A DNA stretch of 64,000 nucleotides from Rhynchobatus australiae (GCA_034780895.1 JAUZTB010000011.1:36248245-36312244), one strand, 5' to 3'. Positions 14,735-28,941 are shown, counted from the stretch's first letter. Notes: generated from the sequence alone by a model not told the origin. Made by a program: numbers and translations.

Positions 14735-16150
14735 CAACCGAGGACTGAACTAAAATCAGGAATGAGTGTATACCCATTGGAATTTAGAAGAAGAAGAGAT
14801 GATCTTATTGCAAAATAAAAGATTCTGAGGAGAACTGACAGGATCAATGCTGAGAGATTGTTTCCCCTGTGGGGGCATCTAGAACAGGGGAACATAGCTT
14901 CAGAACAAGGGTCAGCAATTTCAAATGGAAATGAGGAGCATTGTTTTTCTCTCAGAGGGTCATGGTTCCTTGGATAAGATAAGATTTCTTTATTCATCAC
15001 ATGTACATCGAAACACACAATGAAATGCAACTTTTGTGTAGAGTGTTCTGGGGACATGCCCTAACATTCATCCAATGTGTCTTATACTTCTTTGAACCCC
15101 AAAATACATTACCTCACACATATCAGGATTAAATTCCATCTGCAATTTTCCTGTCTGCCTTACCAGCTGATCAATATCATTCTGTAGCTTAAGACTATCC
15201 TCATTATCAACAACAGCACCAATTTTTATGTCATCTGCACACTTACCAATGAACTACATTAATATTTAAGTAATCAATATACATAGAAAACAGCAGGGTC
15301 CTAGAGCTGATCCGTATTACACTACTGGTTTCTGGCTTCCAATCAGAAAAGCAACCCTCCACCATCACCCTCAGTATCCTATTACCAAGTCAATTTTGGA
15401 TCCGGTGTGCCACTTTGACCAAACTTCCATGTGGGATATTATCAAAGGCCTTAGTGAAGTCCACGTAAACCATATCAATCACACTGCCCTCAACCTCTTC
15501 CAAAAGCTCAATTAGTCAGACAGGATCTCCAATGAGCAAATCAGTGCTGACTATCCCTGAATAATCTCTGTCTTTCCAGGTGTACTGCCCCTCAGAACTT
15601 TTTTCCAATAATTTCCCTACCACTCACCTTAGGCCAACTGACTTTACTTGGCCTATCCCTGTTGTTGTCTTCCAGTCTTCAGATCAAATATCTCTGTCTG
15701 AGTTCCAGCAATCTCCTTCCTTGTCTCTCATAGCAACCAGAGATATAGCTCATCAGGCCCTGGGGAATTATTCACCTCTATGTCCGCTAAGATATTGAAT
15801 ATTTTGTCTTTTTTAATCTTAATGTGCTCCAGAATTTCATCATCTCAACCGAAATCTCTAACTACAATGTCTTTCTCCTTAGTGAATACAGATCAAAAAT
15901 ATTAATTTAAGACTTTGCCATATCCTTTGGCTCTATGCACAGATGGTACCTACGGTCCCCAAGGGGTCTACTCTTTCCAATGTTACCCTTTTGCACTTAA
16001 CATACTTATAAAATGCCTTGGGATTTTCCTTAATTTTATCTGCCATAGTCATACTGCATAGAAACAGGCTCTTTGGCCGACCAAGATAACCGTGGGAGCT
16101 AGTTCTATTTGCCCACATTTGGTCCATTTCTCTCTAAACCTTTCCTGTGC
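14735..16150. mobile_element. Cluster of CR1 fragments (plus strand 14735-14975, minus strand 15060-16150) with a SINE tail at about 14975-15060
   Basis: ORF 15933..16127 DKIKENPKAFYKYVKCKRVTLERVDPL is typical CR1 ORF2. 14975-15060 is the reverse complement of the SINE tail at 49590-49675. Confidence 0.75.
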
Positions 16151-17929
16151 AATGTTGAGTGATTACACAACTGTTTTGGTAGGGTGAATCTGAGAAGCTT
16201 ATGATTAAGTTTGGTAAGTCTAAGATACAGGTCTGAGCACCTGGTAAAAAGAGCACCTTCTCAATTTGTTGCAAATGAGAAGTAAAGTTCATAATTGTTG
16301 AAGTGGAAGGCAGTTGTAAACGGTAGTCCAATTTTTGATCAGTAACTATGACAAAGCGTAGGAGCCCCTCCATTCAACACTGAACAAATAGGTATGTTTC
16401 TTTAGACAAACAACATTGTTAATGTGGAGGATCAGGGCAAAAGTACTCAGAGTGTGACCTTGCACACTTGTAAGTAGAAATATGACTTGTGCCCTATGGG
16501 ACAATCCATGTCCCATGCAACAAAATAAAAGAAAAGCTGCAAAACAATTTCAGCCCAACACAATTGGAGAATGTGGTGAGTTATAAGCNNNNNNNNNNNN
16601 NNNNNNNNNNNNNNNNNNNNNNNNNNNNNNNNNNNNNNNNNNNNNNNNNNNNNNNNNNNNNNNNNNNNNNNNNNNNNNNNNNNNNNNNNNNNNNNNNNNN
16701 NNNNNNNNNNNNNNNNNNNNNNNNNNNNNNNNNNNNNNNNNNNNNNNNNNNNNNNNNNNNNNNNNNNNNNNNNNNNNNNNNNNNNNNNNNNNNNNNNNNN
16801 NNNNNNNNNNNNNNNNNNNNNNNNNNNNNNNNNNNNNNNNNNNNNNNNNNNNNNNNNNNNNNNNNNNNNNNNNNNNNNNNNNNNNNNNNNNNNNNNNNNN
16901 NNNNNNNNNNNNNNNNNNNNNNNNNNNNNNNNNNNNNNNNNNNNNNNNNNNNNNNNNNNNNNNNNNNNNNNNNNNNNNNNNNNNNNNNNNNNNNNNNNNN
17001 NNNNNNNNNNNNNNNNNNNNNNNNNNNNNNNNNNNNNNNNNNNNNNNNNNNNNNNNNNNNNNNNNNNNNNNNNNNNNNNNNNNNNNNNNNNNNNNNNNNN
17101 NNNNNNNNNNNNNNNNNNNNNNNNNNNNNNNNNNNNNNNNNNNNNNNNNNNNNNNNNNNNNNNNNNNNNNNNNNNNNNNNNNNNNNNNNNNNNNNNNNNN
17201 NNNNNNNNNNNNNNNNNNNNNNNNNNNNNNNNNNNNNNNNNNNNNNNNNNNNNNNNNNNNNNNNNNNNNNNNNNNNNNNNNNNNNNNNNNNNNNNNNNNT
17301 GCACACCATAATATACTTCATCTGTAGTGTAACTAATGAGCACATGCAATTCAAGTTACATAACATACTGGATCTAACATTTGAATAGGTGTGCAAGGTA
17401 TCTGTAATTAAGGGGATATATTTCAGGATACATGCATGAAAATTAAAAGGCACCAAACTTTGTATCAAACCAATTGTTTACCTAAAAGAATTACTGGTAA
17501 CTTATGCCATGAATATTCAAGTAGAGGCTAAATCAACTTGGTGAAAGCTTCACAGAATAATTGAGTGAAACCCATCCTGGTAGTCTTAGGGGGAAAATAA
17601 GACCTTTTGGTTTTTCAGAGATTAAAAAGTGACCTTTAACAGAGTGGCTCATGAAAGACAATATCATTTGTCAAATTTTCAAGATTTGTACACAGAATTG
17701 GCAGGGTTAAGAATTTTGCTCAGTTGCCTATTCCTACTTCAATGCGGATGGTGAGAATCTAAACTACTTGACAATTAACATTCACAAGGGATTAAGAATA
17801 AAAAACTGCACCTGCACACCAAATTAACATTCAGGGTAAAATCACTATAAAATCAAAAATATTCTGGAAAACTGTAGATAAGATACAGCATGGGCCCAGA
17901 ATTAGTTATGCTATTTTACCTGCAATATG

Positions 17930-19150
17930 CAAAGAGAAGAAAACCCCATTACTTTTGAGGAAGTGGTCAGAGGACTTCATCAACATAATGTCAAACTGGA
18001 AACATGCAAATGTGCTTTCGTGCAGCAGGGAGTGATTTAATTAAGTCAGTGAGGAGGTGAAAACAGGCTGCAGCTGAATAAAGAGAAAATTGGGGTGTCA
18101 TCAGAGCCAGGAAACTCAGAAATGTTACTGAGGTGTGGTCATTNNNNNNNNNNNNNNNNNNNNNNNNNNNNNNNNNNNNNNNNNNNNNNNNNNNNNNNNN
18201 NNNNNNNNNNNNNNNNNNNNNNNNNNNNNNNNNNNNNNNNNNNCTGAGCTCTGGTCATTTTTATGTTTGATCTTATAGTATGGCAGATTTCTACCAGCCT
18301 TGCCATAATGTTGAGACAACACCATCAGCTATTAAAGAAAGAAATTGTGCTGGTGGGGAAAAGATTAGCAAAAAGTTCATCTGTGTTAGAAAAGGCTCAG
18401 TAGTGAATCTTTTTTGGTGCACCTTGCCTCTACCTGTGAGCTAAAACTTGCTTGTCGTGCTTCCAACTGTGAAGTTACCATGATTAGCCACATTGTAGAC
18501 AAAAGTCCTGTTTGCATTGATACACATGGATCAAAAGTAAAAGATCTCTGTTCAGAAAGAGAAGGAGATGTTGGCAATTATATTTGGAGTTACAGGTTTT
18601 TACCTATTCTTGCTGGGAAGTTACTAACTGTAAGCCTCTGATTGATATTCTGGGACATGTCCACTATATCAATGATGGCAAGTTCAAGAATGCAGAGGGA
18701 GATCATTCTATTGTCTCAATGCAGTTAGTACCTTCACTATGACATCTAAACAAAATGCCATGCCTGATGCCTTGTTGAGACTATCTTTGAAGAGGTCACA
18801 GTGGACATAACATGCTTAATTTAGCAGAGTAGGCAGTAGAAGATGATTTCCCTGTCACAACAATGGAAATGGCCACAACTTCACAGAAAGGCCCAATTCT
18901 GAGGGAGGTGAACACATATTCAATGAATGAACTGATTTAGATCCAGGCCTGAATGAAGATCCGAAATAGTTTCATTGCAGACACAACAGTTGTCTACCAA
19001 CCAAAGTTGCCAAAATGGGAACACAGGCAAGTGATACCAAATGAATTGCAGAGTAAGATTGTGTAAGACTACTATTTAGGTACAGAGGATATGAAGTCAA
19101 CGGCTAGATTTATCTATTGGTCTGCTGGCATAGGCAAAATTATCAAAGAT
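17930..19150 (+). mobile_element. Ty3/Gypsy LTR retrotransposon pol remnant (RT end, RNase H, integrase N-terminus), heavily degenerate
   Basis: Frame pieces EEVVRGLHQHNVKLETCKCAFVQQGV (RT), ELWSFLCLILxYGRF, ELKLACRASN, QKEKEMLAIIFGVTGFYLFLLG (RNase H, cf. YSQIEKEALAIIFGV) and VIPNELQSKIV...MKSTARFIYW (integrase zinc-binding region). Confidence 0.8.
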
Positions 19151-19349
19151 AAATAAAACACAACTTCCGAAAACTCTTTCAAAGTTTTGAATGGTCTTCT
19201 GTGTAATGCTCTTGGGTAGATGCATAAAGTGTCATCTGCTATGGGAACTGAAATGTTTTTGGACAATTAGAAAACTTTATGTGGAAATACTTTAATATTA
19301 ATTAAAAGCCATTTAAAATGACTGAAATCACATTGCAATTATTTGATCT

Positions 19350-20350
19350 CAAATTGCCCTATCAGAAAGCAGGCCCTGTGTTGCCTGCTCTTTGCCATCC
19401 TGCACCATCTGACATCGCACTGCAGCTGGTAGAGATTTAGTCCTAATTATTGGCCATTTATAGAGCACCCAGCACAATGCCATTAATAAAGATACCTTTA
19501 CTGCTGAATTCTTCAGTGTTAGTGCTGCTTTAGAACGCCAACTTGATAATGTCGCAAGAGGCAGAATGGTGTCCATTCTTCTCTTGTGATTGGGCTTTGT
19601 AGAGGAGTTAAAAGATAACTTTTGTCTCCAGATATCAGTGCCTGAAAGATGTATGATATAGCAGCCATTGCAAAATGAATGGATTGTGATAGCCAGCCCA
19701 AACCCTGACAATGTGATTGTAGACCAGCTGCATATTAAGGAAGAGAGAAGCAAAACACAGAAGAATACAGTCCTATTGGGAACAAATGGGACCAGTGTAG
19801 ATGGACAAAAGAAGTCATCATGGACGTGGTGGGTCGAGGGGCCTGTTCCTGTGCTGTGTGACTCGATGACTCTAGGCCCTTGCAATTTAGAAACTGAGAA
19901 TTCAAAATTAGCTGAGTCAATGCTCTCTGGAAACCTGCAATTCTTGAGAATCTGTATTTTCTTGCTGCCTTCTACTCTCTATTAAGGGAAAAGATGAAAT
20001 CTGCTCTCTTGGAACAGAAAGCACCTTTGACCTTCCCAATGCAGCTGTCTAATGCAAAGTGCAAAATCTCCCAGATGTCTATTACACAGGCTAGGAATGA
20101 TTCAGAAGCACGGAAACTGATGGTCTCTGTGACCTTCATCTGAACCAGCAGCTCTGCAGCTGTAGGTATGGATGCAACGATAGATATCTCTGTCAGAACC
20201 TTCTGAGGCTTTTCTCTGAGGTACACATTGAAAAAATACTGCCAGAAATGCCCTACAAGAGGAGAATTCCTCTCCTTCACTGCTCTGCAGGCCCTATCCT
20301 CAGTCATACTGAAGACTAAATGGACTGATCACCAAAGCTTCCATGTCGAG
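19350..20350 (-). mobile_element. PIF/Harbinger DDE transposase remnant (HARBI1-like), interrupted by a CR1-tail insertion at about 19755-19873
   Basis: Collinear pieces LLVQMKVTETISFRASESF...SCIGKVKGAFCSKRADFI, FSRIAGF, FLNCKG, LNMQLVYNH and ISGDKSYLLTPLQSP...VGVLKQ match Harbinger motifs (F.ASGSFQ, IAGFP, NRKG.HSLNVQLVCD, GDKGY, IGVLK). Confidence 0.8.
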
Positions 20351-23300
20351 GAACGCTAGAGCTCTTGGCTGCTGCCCAGAAAAACCTGACACAGCTTTTA
20401 TTTCTTTAGAATTCAGAAATCATGACGGCATCTGCAAACATAAACCTGTACTTGTCCACAACCATTCTCATTCAAGATAGCCAAGAAGCATGCAAGTAAT
20501 TGATTCATTTATAAAGTGTAGGCTGAATATGGGGGGGGGGGGGGAGGGTGGGGGTCATGGGGTTTCTTCATGTTTCTAAACTCTGGGCTCCTCAATACAA
20601 GACATCATTAACACAAGACATCATCTGCATTATTCTTTTCAGTTTGTCATTACTAATGGTTAAATTTGATTTTGACGAGGACTGGATCATGATCAGCCCA
20701 TTCTTTATATTTCTGGCATTCTCCAATATTACACCTGTTGTTGCAGATGATATGAGTCGTAGTACTAGTGTTTGCATGCATTGCACAGAAAGTCCATAGC
20801 AAATCAGTTCACAGCACACAAACGGGCACTGTGGCGATACATTGTGCAGCCCAAGATTAATAGTATTCTATGACGTAACGGTCTTGTTTTATTTCTTCTT
20901 CCAATGTGGAATACAATTCCCAAGGAAGGTTTTTTTTACAGAATCTTAACTCCGAGCTTAAGTTGCCACAAATAAATCAAGTCTAATTTCTTATTGCCTT
21001 GCTGTTCTAACATCTTTTTTTTCTAGGTTAATAATACCAAAACATTTAACTTCCTTTTTGAATAGGCATGTATTCTAGCATTTTGTGTATTACATTTGGT
21101 GCTTACCATATATGCCATTATCTATAATATGTGAACCAGGGAACTTTTTGTAGGGCTTTGAAAGCTATGAAGAAATGTATTGACCAAGGGTGCTGAACTG
21201 ACATATAGGCAATTTACTGGCAAAACATCTGACTGGTTTCCTGCACATAAAAGCAGAGGTAGCACTGACTTTAAGACACCCGACTCAGGTCCTCAATTGT
21301 GTAAAGTCTAATACATATTTTGATGAAATTCACTCAATTCAACCTCCCAGTATTGCCCTTGCCAATTCAGCAGCATTTTTAATTTGGAAGAGAGTGAAGG
21401 GGAGCTGCTGGGCAGCAATGACCTGGGTTATTTTTGTGGGATCTAGTGACGTACTCCTGTCAATGTGACCTCAGTCAACCACATTTTCTGTTTCATTTCA
21501 TTTAAATGATATCAACTCATCTATTACATCCTGGTCGCATCTGTACTTAGATCAACATGATTGCTATGCATAATTACACCAAATGACTGTGAACCAATTT
21601 ATAAATACCTCATTTCATTATGTCCAAACTTTCATTTCATGAAAACAACATCAATTAGTGAAACAAATGCGGAAAATAAAGTGCAAAATTATTTATTTTC
21701 CAAAATGTCAGTGCATGAGTATTATTATTGCATAATTTTTTGTTGTTTNNNNNNNNNNNNNNNNNNNNNNNNNNNNNNNNNNNNNNNNNNNNNNNNNNNN
21801 NNNNNNNNNNNNNNNNNNNNNNNNNNNNNNNNNNNNNNNNNNNNNNNNNNNNNNNNNNNNNNNNNNNNNNNNNNNNNNNNNNNNNNNNNNNNNNNNNNNN
21901 NNNNNNNNNNNNNNNNNNNNNNNNNNNNNNNNNNNNNNNNNNNNNNNNNNNNNNNNNNNNNNNNNNNNNNNNNNNNNNNNNNNNNNNNNNNNNNNNNNNN
22001 NNNNNNNNNNNNNNNNNNNNNNNNNNNNNNNNNNNNNNNNNNNNNNNNNNNNNNNNNNNNNNNNNNNNNNNNNNNNNNNNNNNAAACAAAAGGCCTAGGA
22101 TCATCATAAAACTGGTCTTCAGGCCTCATCAGAATAATGGTGGAGAGCTGCTGGCACCGTCATGCTTTTACAAGCAGCTTGCCCAACTGAAGAATTGAAT
22201 TTCAGATTATCTCCCTTGCTGACAGCAACCCTCAAGCAAATCCTGAAAAGGTGAAGGTAAACAACAAGAGGAGGCTGCATAAACACAACTTTCAGCAGTT
22301 GGCAGAAATGTTGTGGATCAGGAAAGAATACTATTCCATCTATTTCCATGTTAATTGCAAATCATTAATTGAGCATATTGTTTTTTTGGGAGCTGCTGGA
22401 TAGACCATACCCACATCTAGAAATTAGAAACAGAACAGACCCAGCCCAATTTCCCTCAAATATCCATTAATTTCCTCATTAGAGACAAAAGAGACTGCAG
22501 AAGCTGGAATACCAAACAATCTGTTAGAGGAACTCAGTAAGTCAAGCACCTGTGGGGAGAAAGGAATTGTCGATGTTTCAAGTCAAAACTCTCCATTAGT
22601 ATGTGCAAGGGGACCTCATTTTTGTTAGGGGGCAGCCACTCTAGATGCCTGAAAAGCATTTTACATATCGTTGTGATGAAGGGTTTGCAACCTGAAGCAT
22701 AAGTTCTATTTCTCTTCCCACTAATGCTGGCATTTCTAGCATCTTTTGTTTTAGTTTCAGATTTTCAGCATCTGCAATTTTTTGATTTTCAGGAGTGAAT
22801 AATTGCTTTTCAGTCTGGAGGGATCCTGGGGTCAGTACTAAGACCTCTGATTTTCTTAATATATATTGACAATATATATTGGGTGTCCTGGTATGATTTC
22901 TAAATTTGGAGAAGCAGTGAACTGTGGGGAGCATACTTAAAAGATGCTGAGACAGGCTGGTAGAANNNNNNNNNNNNNNNNNNNNNNNNNNNNNNNNNNN
23001 NNNNNNNNNNNNNNNNNNNNNNNNNNNNNNNNNNNNNNNNNNNNNNNNNNNNNNNNNNNNNNNNNTTTGACAAAACTAAGAGTTGCACAGGCGCTCTTCT
23101 ACTTGGTGGAACAATGATCAAATCTTTAATATCTGCAAAGCCTTTCTTTGTAAATGATTACTTTGTCTTTCCAATTTTTGAGAATCAGCTCAGAGCTGAA
23201 TTAATCCCCACCAGAGCACTTTCAACACTGCCCTAATGTTGCAGAATCTACGAATTATTGAGGATTTCCAAGTTACTCTCTTAGTTGATATTCCCTCCAA

Positions 23301-25968
23301 AGTTGACTGGAGCAGAACTTGTTAAGGTCATAAATCTGAGAAACTGAGCTTCTTCATAATACTCCTAACTTAAGATTGATTACTGTTGCAAACACCCATT
23401 CTGCTGGTGTGGGTCTCACAATCTGCGCTAATCATTTGCAGTGGTGGTGCTTATGCTGTGAGTGGTGTTGCCTGTGGCACAATGTCTTGTACACAACACC
23501 TGAACTCAAGATGGAGCAGGTGCATTTGTGGCAACTGGCTAAGTCAGGTCATTTCAAAAGACCCATTTTTAAAAATGTTTTGAATTAGTATAGATGCATT
23601 CAGTCAAAAGTTCTTTTTAAGCAAACCTGGCTTATTTTGAACCTCATTCATCAAAAATTCAATAGATATCAGTAATAGAGGTCTTTAATTTCTTGGAATT
23701 ATCTCATAATGTTTCCAGGTGTATAAATTGGGCTCAAACTTTTCTAATTCTGCCCCATTCTTTTCTCCTGAGGTTCTCAACCAGTTGATCAATCTTGGTT
23801 AGTGAACGTAACATTTTTGTCCTTACTGACTTTGATACCGTTAAAGCTATTTTTTTACAGTTTTATTCTTGTATATAGTGCTCAATCTGAGGATTTCCTT
23901 TGACCTATCTGTACGTAGGTCTAGTGAATCAATTCCTCTTATACACACTGAGGACCTGCTAGCAGGCGCCCCCATCAAGGACATATTCTGTACAGAGAAT
24001 CTGAGACTGTTGGTTTACTTTGTACCAACTAACACTTTCTGAACAAGTAAACAACAACAAATTTTCAATTGCAAAAGATGCAGAACAAGCATGGAAAATG
24101 TTGGAAAGCAAAAACAGATTAGCAACAAATAAAAAGTAAAAATGCTTTGATATTTATTTTTGAATAGCACCTTTCTTCAGTTGAGGCTTACAAGAAACAG
24201 TGCTCATCTTTTCTCACTCCAAAGCCTGGCTGACTCACTGTGTGTTCCAATGTTTCCATTTTTATACCTTATTTTCCAACCAGGTTTTTAAACATCGGAA
24301 AAGTTAAGGTTTATATCATAATTATCATATAATTGGTCTGTTACCCTGATTTTGTTTTGTCTATTTTATATACCAGAAGTTAACCAGAGTATAACTCTGA
24401 TAATCCACAATCCAACCATTCAGAAATCCATAGGTTACGCACTTGGCTCACCAGGTAATATTTGCTGCACTCCCTTGCCATTCACCAGGATTCCAGTTCC
24501 CACTCTCTTTTCCCTATCACTAGATCTTGCAACCCCTTTCTATTTACCTGATCCAATGAAAAATTTATTTTAATNNNNNNNNNNTACCAACTACCATCTA
24601 AAAAAGGTGTATTAGAAATGTGCTGGGGTATTAATAATCTGGAAAATCTGTTAGTCTTGCACCACTAAAGTCCTGAATGCGTCAGAGTATCAGAGATCAA
24701 CTGTAGTTTTTTTGTTATAGGCTCATTCAGGCTCAAGAGACTATGGCTTTGTGCTGTAGAATAGGTTCTCCATCTGCTGTACAGCAGTATCTGCAATGGC
24801 TATACAGGGACACAAGCACTGCATCTGCTGCATTTGAAGGTGGACTTAGCTGTGCCTAGGCTTTTTCACTCCAATTCATTTCTCTCCTGCAGATTTGGGT
24901 TGCTTCTCTCTGTTCCTGTGGAGGACTTTTTGCAGAGCTTGTGGTTCCACTAACTGATCGTCAGCAGCTGGCACTTTCTATATTGCTTATACTGTATGTA
25001 TCTCTCAGTTTATCACTTGCTTTTTATTTGAAAGAAACAAATCAACTTGCACAAGGTAGTGCACCAAATTTCAAATAGTTATGGTCTGAAACTGACATGA
25101 ACCATGACAAATATTGAGGGGCCAAAGCAGCACTTCCTTCCCCTCTGCACCAAAGTTCCACATTGATCAAAATCCTACCTTTAACATAATGCTAAAGCTG
25201 CACTCTATCAAAGTTCAATCTGTGCAACTACTCAGTATATTTGGCTGCTGAGAAACGGTAATACATTAGAGTGTAGAAAGCACAAATCATTAGAAGCATT
25301 GCTTTCTACAGTGTGTATAGTTATACATGCATCTTAGAACACTTGAGATTCATTGGAATTCATGGCCACTTGGGAATTGTCAACAGCCATTACTGCTCTG
25401 GGTTCTGCTGGAAACCATGCAATTAAGCTTGCATACTTCTACCATCAGTTGGATGTAAATGATGACATGCTATTATTCAAAGGAGAGGAAGGAAGTTTTT
25501 CCTGTTGTCTTGGATAAAGTTTGTCTTTTAACTGATATGCCTATAATAGCAGAGGAAATCTTCACCTTTAGTGAAAAACAGAAAATGCTAGAATTGCTCA
25601 GCAGATTAGTCAGCATCTGTGGAGAGAGAAGCAGAGATGATGTTTCAGGTCAAAGATGTTTTATGAGAACATTGCTGAGTCCGGGAAAAGAATGGGAGAT
25701 CAGATGCTCCAGTGTGTCTCCAACTTCCATGTTTCAATATGTAGGAGTGGAAAATCGAGATGAGCTGAGTAGCACAGGGGTTATCACTTGCAGTTCTCTA
25801 TGGAATCACATGCACATAGTTTCATTGGAACTGTATATCTTTTTCACTATGATCAAGAATACCTTACAGCAAGCCTCATTTCTAAAGTCCAGCTAGCATT
25901 TCAGAACAAACAAGTATTTTCTGTGTTATGTTTACATTTCAGGACATTTTGTGTGTGATAATACTTAC

Positions 25969-26069
25969 TTGACCTGAAGGACCAATGCAATTACACCAGC
26001 TGCCATTGGAGCTGCACTGGAAGTACCTTTGAAGGTTTTGGTGCATTCATTATCAAGTTCAGTTGTCAC
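25969..26069 (-). CDS. Convertase exon, 101 nt, catalytic Ser ([34 protein letters not shown])
   Basis: Acceptor ttgttttcaacag|GTG, donor AA|gtaagt. GTSxxAP motif; 101 nt as in furin/PCSK1. Confidence 0.96.
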
Positions 26070-28907
26070 CTGTTGAAAACAAAGTAATTGCACATATTGT
26101 ACCATTAACAGGCTTGGCACTCCAGTTAGTTCCCACCCACATATTGCAACAACACTGAGCACCAAGAAGCTATGAAATATATTAAGAGGTATTTATAAGA
26201 GCACAATATGAAATATTATGCTAATAAAGCCNNNNNNNNNNNNNNNNNNNNNNNNNNNNNNNNNNNNNNNNNNNNNNNNNNNNNNNNNNNNNNNNNNNNN
26301 NNNNNNNNNNNNNNNNNNNNNNNNNNNNNNNNNNNNNNNNNNNNNNNNNNNNNNNNNNNNNNNNNNNNNNNNNNNNNNNNNNNNNNNNNNNNNNNNNNNN
26401 NNNNNNNNNNNNNNNNNNNNNNNNNNNNNNNNNNNNNNNNNNNNNNNNNNNNNNNNNNNNNNNNNNNNNNNNNNNNNNNNNNNNNNNNNNNNNNNNNNNN
26501 NNNNNNNNNNNNNNNNNNNNNNNNNNNNNNNNNNNNNNNNNNNNNNNNNNGACACACGCACACACACATATATATTCTACATTGACCTTGCTCATGAACC
26601 ATTCATCTAACGAAAATGACTGCCTTTAGTTGTGAGGTTCCTAATGATATCCTGAGAATATAAGGCACTCTATGAATATAATAATTGACAAATGTATATG
26701 CATATTGTTGTTGATATGTGTAGTGGTACTTCCAGGGTACGCAAAAGTCTCACTATCAAATATTGATCTCTGATAGTGACACATTGCCCTACTACGTACT
26801 TCTAAATAGTGGTTCACAGGTAGTGAAAATTGCCCTGCTACATGCTTCAAATCTATTTTATCAACAGCGTTTTGAAAAATGAGACAAAATGTCCCAAGGC
26901 ACTTCACAGGAGTGTTGTCACACACGTTGTGACAGAGAGGAAAGACAACAAAAAGCTTCCTCAAGGCAGTAGATCTTGAAGGAGGAAATAGTGGAAGAGA
27001 ATATGAGAGGTTTAGGGAGAGAATTCTATGGTCTTAATAGCTACTGGTAATGGTCTGACTAATATTGGGAAACTCAGGACATCAGAATTAGTGGAGCATT
27101 GATATCTCAGAGAAATGTGGGGCTGGAGGAGATTACTGCTGCACAAAGGATGAGGGATTTGAAAGGAAGGATGAGAACTTTAAAGTTACGTCATTATTTA
27201 ACTGGGAGCCAATTTAAGTCAGTGAGTACAGGGGTGATGAATGGATGGGATTAGGTGTGAATTAGGACACAGGCACAGAGATTTGAATGACCTCAAGTTT
27301 AAGGAGAATGGACTGAGGGATGCCAGCCAGAATTGTATTGGAGTCGGCAAGTCTAAAGGTAACAAAGTCAAGAATGAAAGTTTCTGTAGCAGATGGGCTG
27401 AGGAAGAGGTGTTATTGCAGAGGGGAAATAGATCCTTTTAATTATTGTGCAGATGTCTGGTTCTAAGTTTACCTCAGGGTCAAACATAATGACGAGGCTA
27501 TAAACAGTTTGGTTCAAATGAGAACATTGGCCAGGGGAGGCCTGAAAGGCTTTTACCAGTGGGATTCTGGAGTCCTCAGCATTCAGTTTCTTACTATTTT
27601 TGCAGTATATATTAATGAATTAGGCTTAAATGTAGCGGGCATGATGAAGAGGTTTCCAGATGATATAAAAATAGGCTATATTGTTGACAGTGAGAAGAAA
27701 AGCTTCGGATGGCTGGAAGATATAGAATTAATGTAATGAAATCCAGAGAAGGGTTAGGGAACTCAGCTGAGGAGATGCAACAAGGGACTGCAAAATAAAT
27801 GGGAGGTTATTAGCGACGTGGAGGAATTTTGGAGCATACAGAGTCTTAAAAGGTAGCAAACAAGCCAATAAAGTGGTTAAAAGGCACATGGGATATTTTC
27901 CTTTTATTAGGTTTTGCTTAGAATGGAAGAGCAAGGAGGTTATGCTGGAAATGAAAACAACATTAGATAGATAACACTGCAGGAAAAACGTGATTGCACC
28001 TGGGAGGCTGCAGAGGAGGGTTACAGGTATGTTGGCAGCACTGGAAAGGTGCAGCAATGAGGAAAGATTAGATGGGTTGCAGTATTTCTCTTTGGAAATA
28101 AGGAGGCTGAGGGAAGACCTAGCAGAGGTGTACAAAATTATTACATTATAGACAGAAAAAAATAAGAAAGACCTAATTCCCTTAGAGGTGATGGGGTTGA
28201 GGGGCAAAAACCAGATGGTGTAGATTTAATAATTGATAGAAAGATTAGAGGGGAAATGGGCAAAATTCATTTCACCTAGAGGGTGGTGAATCCAGGATTC
28301 ACTATTAAAATCTGGAGGAACCATAAATTCTAATCACATTTAAAATGTACTTGAAGTATTTTGACCTATGTGGTTAAAGATCGAGAGCTGGATGATGGGA
28401 TTAGGCTGGAAGGCTCTTCATCAATCAACAATGGCCTCCTGTGCCTTAAACTGTCCATGATTCTATGATTTATTGCAGGAGATATTCCTCATAAAATTGG
28501 CAATTTTGAAGCCGAAAAAGATCCGCAAATAGAAAGCCTATAATGTGTCACATGAGGAGATAATTAGGCCCAGGGCACTGCCCAGGAAAATTTCTGCATT
28601 GATGTCCTGGGACAGAGATGGCTAACAGTAGCCATAATCCTTCCACTATTTAACATTTTTTAGATATGACCAACAGAGAAATTTCCCCATAATTCACATT
28701 TACTTCAATTTTGTTGACATTTGTGGTCAAATGCTGCCATTGCCTTGAGCTCAGTCACTCGTCAACTCTGCAATTCATTCTTTTATCCTTGTTTCAACCA
28801 AGGTGGCAACAAAATCTGAACCCAACTGCAGAGCAGGTTGTGGATGTGTTACGAGTCAGGTTGCTATCTGGTGAACGTTCCTTTAAGGCACCTGCAAAGT
28901 AGAGTAG

Positions 28908-28941
<34 letters not shown>

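Noticed and set aside
16447-17468. Long ORFs in the track (also 21561-22198, 26193-26610, 38890-39943, 62963-63721)
   Set aside because: They are open only because they run through N gaps, so there is no coding evidence.
21107-21240. AG...GTAAGC-bounded minus-strand segment that looks like an exon
   Set aside because: Stop codons in all three frames.
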